Of a stretch of 64,000 bases of DNA, positions 28,035 through 42,402 are shown piece after piece (positions within the stretch are counted from its first letter, which is position 1; every line of letters starts with the position of its first letter). The translations under genes were made by a program, and so were the position numbers. The notes below the pieces were generated by a model, which did no database searches, had not been told where the DNA came from, and saw only the letters and a list, made by a program, of their open reading frames with translations. Origin of the DNA: Eledone cirrhosa (lineage: Eukaryota). The stretch spans positions 249,798,001 through 249,862,000 of the forward strand of contig OZ024742.1 of assembly GCA_964016885.1 (NCBI GenBank), given 5' to 3'.

Positions 28035-28490
28035 ACATCTGTGCTAAAAGAAGCTGACCATCGATCCCATACGCTTGCAGAACCTTCTATAGAAGATCCC
28101 GAGAAACGCAGTCATATGCCTTTTCGGGGTCTACAAAATAAAAATGTACCTTTTGGCAATGATTTCTCGGAGATATGCCGCAGTGCGTACATTTCATTGG
28201 CTGTGCTGCATCCGGGGCGAAAGCCACATTGTTCATCGGGTAGCCTTAACTCGACCTTCTCCCAGAATCTCTTTACCTGAAACTTAGCATAGATTTCACC
28301 GGGGAGGCTTAACAAGGAGACCCCTCTGTAATTGGAACAATCTCTTTTGTTTCCCTTTTTGAAAATTGGGATTATCACTCCTGATTGCCATTGTTTAAGT
28401 GCCTTTATATCCGGGCCAACCAGCCAACCGGCACACACGTATCAGCCAGAGAATTCTTCTCTATTTAAGGCTTTTAACATAGAGGCCATG
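28035..28490 (-). mobile_element. RTE-clade LINE RT fragment
   Basis: WQSGVIIPIFKKGNKRDCSNYRGVSLLSLPGEIYA...EQCGFRPG. Confidence 0.88.
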
Positions 28491-28519
28491 CCTATCCATA
28501 GAGGCCATGCACTTCAAAC

Positions 28520-29460
28520 GATTCAATTCAATTCAATTCAATATATTTGGCAGAAATTAAAACATAGATGCTTCAGATTCCATGTAAGGAGGGGAGGGCG
28601 GCAAAATTTACACAGTCGGAAACACGGTGGTCCAACACCGGTCCAATTTTGCCTTGAATTGTTGCGTGGTTGACGCGTTGACTACTTCTTCTGGAAGCCG
28701 ATTCCAGGGTCCAAAGATGCGGATCGAGAAAGCAGCTTGTCGTCTATTTAGGCGAAAGCGGCGGTGAAACAGCTTTTTGTCATGTCCACGTAGACCCCTT
28801 TCAAGTGCCGGAGTGAATAGGAGATCTTGAGGGAGATTGTAATGGCCATTGAAGAGATTGTAAGCCAAAATGAGATCGCCTCTTAGCCGTTGACGCTCCA
28901 AGGAGAAGAGGTTCAGCTTCTGCAGCCGGCTTTTGTAGGGCAGCTCATGAAGACCCTGTACCATTCGAGTCGCTAGTCGTTGAACTCTCTCCAAGTGATG
29001 GATATCCCGGATGAGATATGGGTTTGATGCTTGGATGCCATATTCTAGGTGCGGTCTCACGAGGGCGACATAGAGAGGCCTGAAAATTTCTGGAGTAAGC
29101 TTGGCAAAGGAGCGTCGAATAAGAAAAAGAGAGCTTGCCTTGTTTGTGGCTTGAATGCAATGTTTTGATGGTTTGAAGGACGAGTCGACCAGAAAACCAA
29201 GATCTTTAGTCTCCCCAACCTCCTTCAAAGGAGCAGTGCCACCGTTTAAGGTAAGAGCTGAGTTATAAGGTGTACACATTGCTATATGGCAATACTTATC
29301 GACATTGAGGTATAAATCCCAGTCAATGGACCAACTCCAGGCGCGCTGGAAGCTGAACTTGAGATTGACGATCTCGCTCCTACGGGCTACCATTTTCACA
29401 TCATCTGCAAATAGAAGCACGTTTCCACCAATCACGTCCGGCATGTCGTTGATGTATTCT
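28520..29460 (-). mobile_element. CR1/L2-group LINE 3' fragment with (TTGAA)n tail
   Basis: LLFADDVK, KDLGFLVD, LYVALVRPHLEY, LERVQRLATR, RLRGDLI, LRGH, WNRLP; attcaattcaattca at 28521. Confidence 0.92.
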
Positions 29461-29808
29461 TGTAACCTCAGCCTATATATATATATATATATATATTGAG
29501 TATATGTTGGTTGTTTACCGACACCTCAGTGTGTAGATTGGAGCACTCGACGAAGTACGCAGGCTGGTTTGTTTACTCCGGAGTAATATAAAATAATTAA
29601 GTCAAATATGTAAAATTTGGCTTCGTCTATTATAAATTATAAATATACTGCTATATATATTTCGGTGACAGCCCTACACGCACACCACCCCTACCTCTGC
29701 CTCGATCGACTCCTATAGCAACACATACTTATACATATCTCCATACATATATATATACTGTTGTTTAAAAGTATACTTTATACATACATAGATACTTACA
29801 TGTATGTG

Positions 29809-29849
<41 letters not shown>

Positions 29850-29851
<2 letters not shown>

Positions 29852-30033
29852 CGAAGGAAATGTGGTAAGGAACCAGGTGGACCATAACGCACCAAAGTAC
29901 TCAATACTTGAGGTAGTAGAGTGGGTAATAGGAACCAGTAAGACCCCGACAGCTGAGCTCAAGCCGTTTCGACGGCTAATTCTAGAATTAGCCGTCGAAA
30001 CGGCTTGAGCTCAGCTGTCGGGTCTTACTGGTT

Positions 30034-30038
<5 letters not shown>
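29850..30038. mobile_element. Family E pLTR end with fold-back palindrome 29928-30038
   Basis: Palindrome centred on tctaga at 29981-29986; (TA)n on both sides. Confidence 0.85.
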
Positions 30039-30100
<62 letters not shown>

Positions 30101-30136
30101 GTGTGTGTGTGCGTGTATGTAATGGATGTATGTGTC

Positions 30137-30215
<79 letters not shown>

Positions 30216-30954
30216 AATGCACCTGAGCCCGTGTTTGTGCGTGTGTGCTTGCAGCGATGTGCGTTGACATACACGCATATGTACTTTATGCCGAAATAGG
30301 AACTGTAGTTCTTTGCATTTCCGGATTTTGACACTCAGGTTTCTGGTGTTTTACACTCCACTTTTATCTCATTTGTTCTTAAAACGCACCACTCGATGAT
30401 AGTGTAAGAATTGTAATTCTTTATACTTCTCGATTCTGACACAGGTTTTCTACTTCAGTTAATATTTTTCAAATCTTTCAAATTTTGATATTGGTAGTAA
30501 CCCACACGCATTTGATTTTTGTTATTGTTTTATTTGTTTGACCCCCCCCCCCCCCCCACTACGTGAAATGGTGGCAGGATAGATACCAACCTACACACAC
30601 AAATTCTTCTGAACATAGCAGCGGCACACTAAAGCTGATCTGCCAGCTGACCCCTTAACACCACTACCTCTACCAACACAATGGATGAGGTCAGCTGTAC
30701 TTAAACAAAAACAACCACAACAGATTGTCTTGCCTCAGAAAAATGTCTATAGACTTTTGACTGAGGAATGTTCTCACAACTGACCAATGGGATGCGAGCG
30801 TGTCCTATGACACCGAAATTCGTTTGTTCTAACTCATATGATTCCATTTCCTCAGAGAAACAACAATACAACCAGGAACTGGACATATCGGAGTATTGAC
30901 GGAGTAAAACAGACTTCAACAACATGTGTACCTGTCTTTCCCACATCAATTCGG

Positions 30955-31009
30955 ACTGCCTGAAGAGGTCACAGCCAATGATGGCTGTCACCGAAATATA
31001 TATATCAGT
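30955..31009 (+). ncRNA. Type I hammerhead ribozyme
   Basis: actgc-CTGAAGA-ggtcacagcc aatgat ggctgtcacc-GAAA-tatata-TA-tcagt; the partial inverted copy at about 29585-29675 has gcagt, which restores stem I. Confidence 0.75.
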
Positions 31010-31786
31010 ATATCTATAATTTATAATAAACGAAGCCAAATTTTACATATTTGACTTAATTATTTTATATATATATCTTGCCGGTTCAAAAGCAAGATCT
31101 CAGTCATCGGGGTCCTGATTCATTTATAAAACCATACTATACTACCCCAAATATCGTATAATCTGGTGAGTAATCGTCTAACCAGTTTCTTAATGTATCC
31201 ATCTTGATTTATACATATACACACATATATATATATATGTGTGTGTGTATTTGCCTGTCTCTGAGTGTGTCTGTGTATATGTATGTAAAAGAGTACTGTT
31301 ATTGCTCCAAGCAGTATATATATATATATATATATGCAAACGATCAAGTAGGAGAGTCAAATACATAAATCCGAACGCAGACACGCCCAGACAAACGCAG
31401 GCCATTATCGAATGCCCTATATGGAAATAATTGTTTCTACTTTAGGCACAAGGCCAACAATTACCCAGTGCATTACTGGCATGGAAATAATACACTCAGA
31501 AAACAAAGCCAACAATAAACAAAACATCTAGTGTACAAGACCATCAGATTCCATATTCGTAACAAATATATTCGTATAAACAATCACGAACTAAATATCT
31601 ATATTGGAACGAAGACACCCCCATAATCCCTACCTCAGACATCATCCTTATTCCACAACCCCTAACCCAGTCTAAATATGAGTATGGGGGGAGACGGACT
31701 TTTTTAAGCGACAACAGTCAAATTACGCAGTTCTGTATAAGAATATATATTAAAATCAAACATACACACACACATACGCGCACGCA

Positions 31787-31888
<102 letters not shown>

Positions 31889-31910
31889 CACACACACATA
31901 TATATATATA

Positions 31911-32314
31911 TATATATTGGTAAACGGAATAGAAAATGCTGACAAATTGTTCACAGTTGAAAAATGGTTTAATTAGGAATAAAAGAGTATTAGTGATTGT
32001 ATGGGTTAGTATTCAGTTGTGGTTTTAAGTTTTTAAGTTTTTACCGGTTGCGCATTTCTAAATGCTTTTCAAAAATAATTTTGAGATAGAGTGTCCGTGC
32101 TGTTTGCTCTGATCAGAGCAAACAGCACGGACACTCTATCTCAAAATTATTTTTGAAAAGCATTTAGAAATGCGCAACCGGTAAAAACTTAAAAACTTAA
32201 AACCACAACTGAATACTAACCCATACAATCACTAATACTCTTTTATTCCTAATTAAACCATTTTTCAACTGTGAACAATTTGTCAGCATTTTCTATTCCG
32301 TTTACCAATATATA
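31911..32314. repeat. 404-bp spacerless palindrome
   Basis: Arms appear identical by eye; centre gctctGATCagagc at 32112/32113. Confidence 0.93.
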
Positions 32315-32495
32315 ATAACTTGTGTGTTACACCTCTATTCTTTTAACTATATATATATATATATATATATATAATTCCTATTAGCAATAATGTCCGAAAC
32401 GTAAAGACTCTCTTTCGACTATATGAAGTGTTAAACTCATATATTTCCTCATTGTACTGTCGTTTGCTTTGTTATTTGTGTTTAAGTTTTGCATA

Positions 32496-32599
<104 letters not shown>

Positions 32600-32619
32600 C
32601 GTGTGTGTGTGTGTGTGTG

Positions 32620-32658
<39 letters not shown>

Positions 32659-33216
32659 CAGTTGTACGTTTAATGCAAGAAAGAAGAGCACTGAAATCGC
32701 TCATTTCAGCATTTTTCGTTTCAATATAATTTAAAGCCTAAATGGAAACCAAACAAGTAAGTTTCAGTGTTTTTAGCCTTACTCAGAAGTTTTAACATTC
32801 TCGAAGTGTGGGAAAACCGTTTCTTAGAAACTTGACTCCCGACTTTTAAGCCTTTTCGTAACCTTTACATGATTAAATGAGATTCCATTTCTCTAAGAAA
32901 TGTTAGAAGGGAGATAGAGAGCGATTGAGTAAATTGCTTACCCAATATTATTTCTGGTTTTCGACAGTAAATCACCTCAAATTTGAATCTTTAAAACGGT
33001 ATCGTTTAATTCCATTTTGTTTTATCTTGACGACGATTTAGAAAATGGTTTTCGTTCGTTACAGACACAAACTTGATCTAATGTGGCCTTCCTAGTTCTT
33101 AGTTGAGGAAATGTTATCTACCGGTAGCTATATCGTTTACTCCCAGAATAATGAAGGAACGGGTGGGAAGATATAATAATACATTACATGTAATACATAC
33201 GCGCACGCATACGCAC

Positions 33217-33285
<69 letters not shown>

Positions 33286-33377
33286 CACATATGCATGCGT
33301 ATGTGTGTGTGGGGGGGGGGGGGTGTCTGTTTGTCTGTATCTGCGTGTGTTTGTGTCTCGCTTCTTATACATACATA

Positions 33378-33413
<36 letters not shown>

Positions 33414-33495
33414 CGCATATATATACATATATATAATATATATATGTATATATATATATGCGTATGTATGTATAATAAGCGAGACACAAACATAT

Positions 33496-33539
<44 letters not shown>

Positions 33540-33584
33540 TATATAATATATATATATATATACATACGCATATATATATATATA

Positions 33585-33665
<81 letters not shown>

Positions 33666-33707
33666 TTACATATATATATATAAACACAAACACATATATA
33701 TATATAG

Positions 33708-33780
33708 AAGTGGTTACACAACAGTTAGTTCACCATACCGAGAACAATTGTTTCACTATAGCGGAACCTCAGCTCGTAAT
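33708..33780 (-). mobile_element. Short pLTR fragment of the 1-845 PLE family with decayed hammerhead
   Basis: Reverse complement matches 711-780 (gaaacaattgttctcg..atggtgaactaactgttgtgtaaccacttc); core reads CTGAGGT. Confidence 0.8.
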
Positions 33781-33819
33781 AGACATGGATATACGGATAT
33801 ATACATACTTATATATATA

Positions 33820-33876
<57 letters not shown>

Positions 33877-34124
33877 ATATATATATATATATATGGTTTT
33901 GCATGTGTATCCCCGGATGGTTTGAGTTAAAATAATACCGAATTGGCAAGCCATCACCGAACCAAATCTATTCGTTATTCTTTGTTTGTGTTCGCCGCAA
34001 TCAACAACTGATAAAATCTCCTATGTCTAGTATCCTGATTTGATGATAAACGTGGGCCATTTAAATGTGTAGTGTTTTCACAGAATTATAATCTTAAAGG
34101 AAGTTTCCAGTCCAGTCCAGTCCA

Positions 34125-34203
34125 TTCTTCTTCTTCTTCTTCTTCTTCTTCTTCTTCTTCTTCTTCTTCTTCTTCTTCTTCTTCTTCTTCTTCTTCTTCT
34201 TCT
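34125..34203. repeat. (TTC)n microsatellite
   Basis: Seen directly. Confidence 0.98.
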
Positions 34204-35624
34204 TTATTGCACATATATATCATTATGTTATATCATTTTTGTTATATCATTTTTGTTAGGCTGTTTACCAATGGGTAGAACCGGTGGTTCAGGTTAGTAA
34301 ACGATGGTGCCAGAAATTAATTAAAGAACTCAATGTTATGCAAATCATCCATCGTAGATGTGGTATCTAGTTGCTGTTGCAGGAACGAAGTAAAGTATTC
34401 ATTAAAACAACAACAGAAGGCCGGACTGGACAATTTACTTTAGAATTTTAAATCCGCGAAATCACTATATATATCACTATGCATTTTGATGGCTCAGCTC
34501 TATCTTCCGATTATGACACAAGGCTAGGCGATTTCATCATGTGTTATTTGAAGAATTATGTAACAGGATTACATTGAACCCAGATATAGAATAGAAGATA
34601 GATGTGGAAAAAATATGCGATAGAAATAGAAAATTCGATTCTGGGACAGTCTGCATATGCTGTTATATAGATAGCAGACGGTCCCCGAATGACACTTGAT
34701 GACAGCTTTGTGGGCAGGTAGGTGTGGTGGAAGAGATTGCGGTGGCCATGTGGCGACAGTGATCTATGCGTCTTAGGGAATGATATTCCTTAATTATACC
34801 CGGACTACACTGCCACAAAGATCAGACATGTCAGTCTACAGTTACGATATATAAAGATATTATGTAAAATTTAGAAATAGAGAAAATAATAATAATATTT
34901 CCTAGAAGAGAATATGCGTTTTAAATAGATATAACAAGATACAAAGTATTATAAAGGTCGTACGTTTGCATGAATAATGGGAATTATAAGATTAAGGAAT
35001 TTCAAAAACAATTATCTTTACTACAAATTACTAACACACTCTGCTAAATTTATGTTAAATTAGTGCATCTATCTTTTTACTTCTAATGGCCACGATTTAC
35101 GAAAGTATATTATTGGAAGAATAAGGGGTTGTCAATGTATTTCGTGCGTATATATGTGCGTATATATGTGCGTATATACGTTCAGGGCAAAATTTTGCGT
35201 GGCTTATTTTCAACTGGACCGGTAGTCCAATATATCATTACGAAGTCCTAAGTAAATAGGTTACTAGTGACAGAGTATATTCAACAAGTGAAAGGAGGGG
35301 AAAATTGATTAATTATTTAATCAATTCCATGTGCTCTAGGTCCATAGCCAAAGTAAGTTTGAACAACGCGTTCCTGAAAGGACCACCCTTGTCGGTCGAT
35401 GGATTAACACGCCTTTACTCCCTCACCCCATGCACACATATCGACAAAAATGATATGACGACAGTTTTATAAATCTATATTATTGAATATAGTATATATA
35501 TATACATATATATATAAGAAATGTATTGAAGATACATATATATATATTTATTCACAAGTATAGACTTATATATGAGGGGGCCCAACCAACACTAGTTTTT
35601 CTCAATGAGTGAATTAATAAAAAT

Positions 35625-35672
35625 CAATTTATCTGAGGAAAAGAAAATTATACTTGGTAAAAGTAAGCCAGA

Positions 35673-35714
<42 letters not shown>

Positions 35715-35762
35715 TCTGGCTTACTTTTACCAAGTATAATTTTCTTATCCTCAGATAAATTG
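35625..35762. repeat. Inverted repeat (~55-bp arms) around a (TA)n core
   Basis: caatttatctgagg...ccagacacta(TA)n tagtgtctgg...cctcagataaattg. Confidence 0.9.
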
Positions 35763-35764
35763 TA

Positions 35765-35810
35765 TGTATGTATACGTACATACATATATGTATACAGACG
35801 TACAGTAGCA

Positions 35811-35880
<70 letters not shown>

Positions 35881-36009
35881 TACATACAGGTACACATACA
35901 TATATGTACGTATCAGTTTAGCGGATGCTTATTATAACGGACAAAGCGGGCGTTATAATAAGCGTCCGCTAAACTGATACGTACATATATGTATGTGTAC
36001 CTGTATGTA

Positions 36010-36099
<90 letters not shown>

Positions 36100-36528
36100 T
36101 GCTACTGTACGTCTGTATACATATATGTACGTACGTATATATACATACTTACATTTAAGTAAGTGTCGTACTAAGAGTGAGAAATGAAATTTCGTTTTCA
36201 TTTTATTACAACTTATCGTTTTCGGTGCGCCTGGCCGACTGAACTCACTCGATATGCAAATTAGGCTGCTCAGCCGTTAATTTTCATAAGGAAAGTATAT
36301 GCTTTCGAACGTTCAACCATCTGGCAGAAGGGTATACGGTGCTGATGATAGCTAACAAGCTTGAAACTAGTACATCGTTCCTGTGTCAGTGTTGAACAAA
36401 AAGGTGACGTGGTTGCCTTAACACCGTACGGCATAAATCCAGGCTGTCAGTTTGTTTACAAACGGACAAAGCGGGCGTTATAATAAGCGTCCGCTAAACT
36501 GATACGTACATATATGTATGTGTACCTG

Positions 36529-36615
<87 letters not shown>

Positions 36616-36726
36616 GCTACTGTACGTCTGTATACATATATGTATGTACGTATACATACATACTTACATTTAAGTAAGTGCCGTACTAAGAGTGAGAAAT
36701 GAAATTTCGTTTTCATTTTATTACAA

Positions 36727-36730
<4 letters not shown>
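35765..36730. repeat. Fold-back plus direct-repeat structure (IR 35765-36140; direct repeats about 35938-36215 and 36463-36730)
   Basis: Arms flank the loop ggacaaagcggg; a related older copy lies at 1130-1270. Confidence 0.85.
36337..36377 (+). ncRNA. Canonical minimal type I hammerhead
   Basis: cggtg-CTGATGA-t agc taacaa gct t-GAAA-ctag-TA-catcg; palindromic actagt stem III and GUA cleavage triplet. Confidence 0.8.
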
Positions 36731-36801
<71 letters not shown>

Positions 36802-37108
36802 GTAAGGATTCCGACAGCTGAAGTTCCAGCCGTTTCGGGTTCTTTCCACACCTTCTTTGTTATATATATATATATATATATATATAGTAGAATAATCGAG
36901 TATCGAAAAATCGGCGCACGAGTTCACGATAAACAAAATTCGAGATGAGCGGCAGAGGGCTCTATAATTTAAATAAATTAGAGCTATAACTATCGTTAGA
37001 TACCGTCACACGTAGAATATGTCTACAATCAACCAAATAACCGATAAGTTCGATATGGAAGATTCGGGACACTCAGATAAATTATCAATAAATCAATAAA
37101 TGAAATGA

Positions 37109-37160
<52 letters not shown>

Positions 37161-37298
37161 AATTGTGGTAAGGAACCAGATGGACCATAACGCACCAGAG
37201 TACTCAATACTTAGGGTAGTAGAGTGGGAAATAGGAAAAAGTATATCCCCGACGGCAGAGCTCAAGCCGTTTCGACAGCCGTCGGGGTCATACTTTTT

Positions 37299-37346
<48 letters not shown>

Positions 37347-37991
37347 CGCTTTCACTATTTATATATATATGTATTCCTATGTGCAGGAAGTCTGTTATGT
37401 TAACTTTCATGATAGTTTCATAGAAAACTCGAAACGATAACAGGAAAATTACTGAATGGATGTTGTAACAGCCTAACTTCATCTAATAAAGCTTGCAGCC
37501 ACTCTACTCCTAGGACATTTCTTAAATCGGCCACCCAACTAATGAAATTCCTCTTGAGTCAAACAACGCCGACTGTTGAAACTAACTTCGATACAGAGTA
37601 ATCATAACCTCTACTTCGATTACCTTAAACGATATCTCGTTAACTTATATAAGCATATATATATATATATATATATGCTTATATATATATATATATATGC
37701 TTATATATATATATATATATATATACGATATTAAATAAATGGAAACTATATTTATAAAACCATATTTATTTCATTATATATATTTCAGGGATATCATATT
37801 AACAATATGTTATGCCTTCCTCAGACAAAATACAATATAGACAGTTTTATAGATAAATAGATTTGACATACCGTAGTAAATATTTATAACTGATATAAAA
37901 GCACTCAACAAGTATTTGGAGTATATTTACGATATTAAATAAATGGAAACTATATTTACTAGTTGTAACCCAACAATTTAAATATAACTTT

Positions 37992-38082
<91 letters not shown>

Positions 38083-38142
38083 TACACACACATATATATA
38101 TATATACATACATTTATACATATATATGTGTGACTGTAGGTG

Positions 38143-38194
<52 letters not shown>

Positions 38195-38343
38195 TATGTT
38201 ATACTCAGGCACCTAGTTTATGATAACGGAGAAAAAAGTACGGTTATTAATATCATAGTCATGGAAGGATAAAAAACAAATATATATGTACACACACGCA
38301 TATATGCAATATGCATATTTATATATATATACATATACACACT

Positions 38344-38423
<80 letters not shown>

Positions 38424-38576
38424 CACACTTACATATATATATATATATATCTATATATATAAATAATATCTAATTTTTATTGTAGACATATGGCCATCTG
38501 GTAAAATTATTAGCTTTTACTTGACATATATATAGATATAAAGGCTTATACATACTCTAATAAATCTACATATTCT

Positions 38577-38697
<121 letters not shown>

Positions 38698-38939
38698 CAC
38701 ACACACATACACACACATATATATATATATAGATATATGTATATATATATATATAATGGTTCAACAGTATTGATCGTTTATCCGATATCATTGCTTCTTT
38801 CATCTCTTGAATGTTTTTCCACAATATTTCATCTTGTTCAGGACACATGGCATATGGTTTGGGGCTTGGTGTTTATTGGTGTTTTTCGCAATAGTTAACA
38901 TTAACATTAAACGTACCGTATGTGACATCATTACGTAGA

Positions 38940-39527
38940 ACATGATTTGTGGCAAGGAGTTACGGCCCATTATGTATTCCGTTCAAATCACGCCGAGGTT
39001 AACTTTGCCTTTTATACTTATGGGGTCGATAAAATAAAGTAACAGTAATGCTCTGCGATCGATTTAATCGACTTGCCCCTCTTCCAAAATTGCAGGCCTT
39101 GTGCCTATATTATACATCGTTATCATTACATTTACTAGGTGGATTGGCAGTAGCGGTAGAGGGTCGGACACCATGCCTTGCAACATAGAGTTACGTCCCT
39201 TTATGATCTGAGTTCAAATCTCGCCGAGGTTAACTTTGCCTTTCATCCTTACGGAGTCGATAAAATAAAGTACCAGTAATACACTGGATTAATTGCTGGC
39301 CTTGTGCCAAAATTAGAAACAATTATTACTCTTACTAGGGCGGTGGATTGGCAGTATCGTTAGAGAGTCGGACGCCATGCTTTGCACATAGAGTTTCGTC
39401 CCTAGTCTGTCTTTGTTCAAAACTCGTCCAGGTTAACTTTGCCTTTTATCCTTACGGGGTCGATAAAATAAAGCACCAATAATGCACTGGGATAATAGCT
39501 CCCCTTGTGCCAAAAGTAGAAACAATT
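38940..39527 (+). mobile_element. Three tandem SINE copies
   Basis: SINE core repeated at about 39000, 39230 and 39435. Confidence 0.9.
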
Positions 39528-39811
39528 ATTATTACTTTTACTATTACTAATACCTTCAGATTTTTGTTTAATCATTTTACTTTTATCAACTTCATTTTCC
39601 ATACATGTTAGCAGGAAAAAATACGCCTATTTTTTTCATACCATGAAATTATTATTCTCTCTCCACATAATGGCGTAATTATCTTTACATATGTTTCGCC
39701 CATCGCTAGAGAATATCTTCAAGTACCATCGTTATGTCTTCCTCTTTTCGAGTTTTGGGCGTAACGTTTTTTGAAATCTATACTTCTGAATATACAGATT
39801 GATTTTTCTCT

Positions 39812-39860
39812 GTTTCAGAAGATCTCGTATGGGGAGAAAGCAGAAATTCCTTGCTTAAAC
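39812..39860 (+). ncRNA. Hammerhead-like fold with CAGAAGA core
   Basis: gttt-CAGAAGA-tctc gtatg ggga-GAAA-gca gaaattcct tgc-TT-aaac; second copy at 61007-61057. Confidence 0.65.
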
Positions 39861-39985
39861 TTTAATCTGTGCTAATAATAAACAATTGTTCTACGGATTT
39901 ATATATACTCGAATATATATACAATCCTTATCGTGTCCTCTCGCGGGTTTTATTCTTTGTATTTATTATTACTATATATAGAGAG

Positions 39986-40094
<109 letters not shown>

Positions 40095-40283
40095 ACGTAT
40101 ATATGTATGTATATATATATATAACGAAGGAATTGTGGTAAGGAACCAAATGGACCATAACGCACCAAAGTACTCAATACTTAGGGTAGTAGAATGTCCA
40201 GAAATAGCCGTCAAAACGGCTTGAGCTCTGCCGTCGGGGTCAAACTTGTTCCTATATATATATAGAGAGAGAGAGAGAGAGAC

Positions 40284-40351
<68 letters not shown>

Positions 40352-40959
40352 CGTGTGATTGTGTAGGTGAAGCTGCAGCCTAACATAGTAATAGATGAAT
40401 GAATATTTGAACTCTACTGCGGTATTGAGTACTCTTAATTACGTACGGTAAAATGGCACGGATATATATGCAAAGGCACATAAGCACTCAATGTTCCTAA
40501 GCTCCTTAATTGAAACGTTCCAAGGTATATGTGGCAGCAGACAAGTCCTCCTCAGCAGAATCATTGAATGCAACATACCTGGGGAACTGACAAGCTGTAC
40601 AATATGTAAAATGGAGGTCGTGTCCACATACCCATCGATCGACGTAGGTTTTTCTGTGAAAAATGCGTAGAAATGATCAACGAGAGTGAGATAGAATTCC
40701 GTGGGAATGACAGCAATAGAGTACAACTGACATAGATGAGATATGTATGAGTATGGGAGATATGATTAAATAAACACTGGCGAGAACTCAAATATGGGAA
40801 AAACTCACCAATACTCCAAGCGCCTGATTATTAGGTAACAATTTTGATCCCTCGTGCATTCTGGTGATATGGCCATTATTGTGGCTTGAAACCTCACGTA
40901 GAACTTTTGTTCGGTGCATGAGCACAAATAAATATTATAATATATGTATTTATATATAT

Positions 40960-40999
<40 letters not shown>

Positions 41000-41000
<1 letters not shown>

Positions 41001-41520
41001 AGTTATTCCGGGTTGAATCGGAGGTAACCACAGTAAGTAAGGTACTCAATACGTAGCAGAGTATAACAGTGTTAATATAGAACAGCTTCTACAGGAATAG
41101 AACTGTTTCATTCCTGACAAATCATCAGGAAGCTGGCTGTCCAAGTAAATGGTAGTAGTTATGTCTTTCCTTATCTGGTGGTAGGAGAGGGTGGGGATTG
41201 GGATGGGTGTAGGTCATTGGTTGAAGGATTTAAAGAAAAGGGAGTTCATTAAAAGCTAATTCTTTAAAGCTATAATATTAACAAAGGCAGAGAGAATACA
41301 GTAAGCAAATTCAAAATTGGAATACCAATCCGTGTTTATCACTTAGACTAACAATGCCTCTAAGACAGGTGTCTACAGGATGGGTGGGGTTCAATGGTTT
41401 AAAGAAAGGGGAAATTCTTTAGAAGATAATTTTTTAAGGCTGAAATAAGGGTAACAAAGGGAGGAAGGGTTCCATCAACAGATTCAAGTGTTCGTCTGAA
41501 CCCACTTATTGTGAAGTTTC
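41000..41520 (-). mobile_element. PLE pseudo-LTR matching 46779-47107, with hammerhead
   Basis: ~330-bp direct similarity to the 5' flank of the PLE ORF at 44647-46805. Confidence 0.85.
41083..41135 (-). ncRNA. Type I hammerhead ribozyme
   Basis: Minus strand reads cagcttc-CTGATGA-tttgtcaggaat-GAAA-cag ttctattc ctg-TA-gaagctg; 7-bp stem I, weak stem II. Confidence 0.75.
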
Positions 41521-41622
41521 ATAATGGTACATACACACATACATATATACGAATATATACATACACACATACATACATATGTGTACATATATACGTATAC
41601 ATATATACATATACACACACAC

Positions 41623-41697
<75 letters not shown>

Positions 41698-42317
41698 TAT
41701 ATATATATATGTAAATATATATATACTAGCATTAAAGCTTGGCGTTGCTCGCGGTCAGTAAGGTACCAAAGTTAGGGTGCACCACCCATTTTATGGCACC
41801 ACTTTTTTGTCTGCCAAGCACTGGGTGAATGAATTGTAGACCTGGACTTCCAAATCAGGAGCTGCGCCAGCAGTGACAATTGTAGTTTCGCCTATGGATA
41901 TTATCTCTGTGCAAAGATGTGTTGAAATTTATTGTTTCACACTATTTGCGTAACACGCGCGTAGACGATGCCAGCCGAACAACAGAGCTGCGATGGAGTT
42001 GTTCTGCATGGTTGTCTAATGTGTGTTTTCTAAATTTAAGACAGTATGGAGGGGTGTGATATGGGGGAGAGTTAGCTGCTGTTTCTAGCAGGTTTAGTGA
42101 CCGCATAGAGGATATTATTGTGCATAGTAAAGAAACTGATACTTCTTTCTTCCGAGTTTGTTGAGAGATGTTTTAAAAAAGATTTATCGCTATTTTTTGT
42201 TGTTGTTGAATAAATTTATCTGTTGCTTTTGAATAAATGTGGTTTCGTATGAAATGTAATAAGTACTCTTCGTTGTCATTGAAATAAATGTTTGACCGTT
42301 CCACACTAAAAAACAAA

Positions 42318-42402
<85 letters not shown>

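Noticed and set aside
39685-39730. TTGAAGA...GAAACATATGTA on the minus strand
   Set aside because: Probably a decayed hammerhead, but the stems cannot be paired convincingly
40439-40791. Non-repetitive minus-strand ORFs
   Set aside because: Short, with no recognisable motif or splice context
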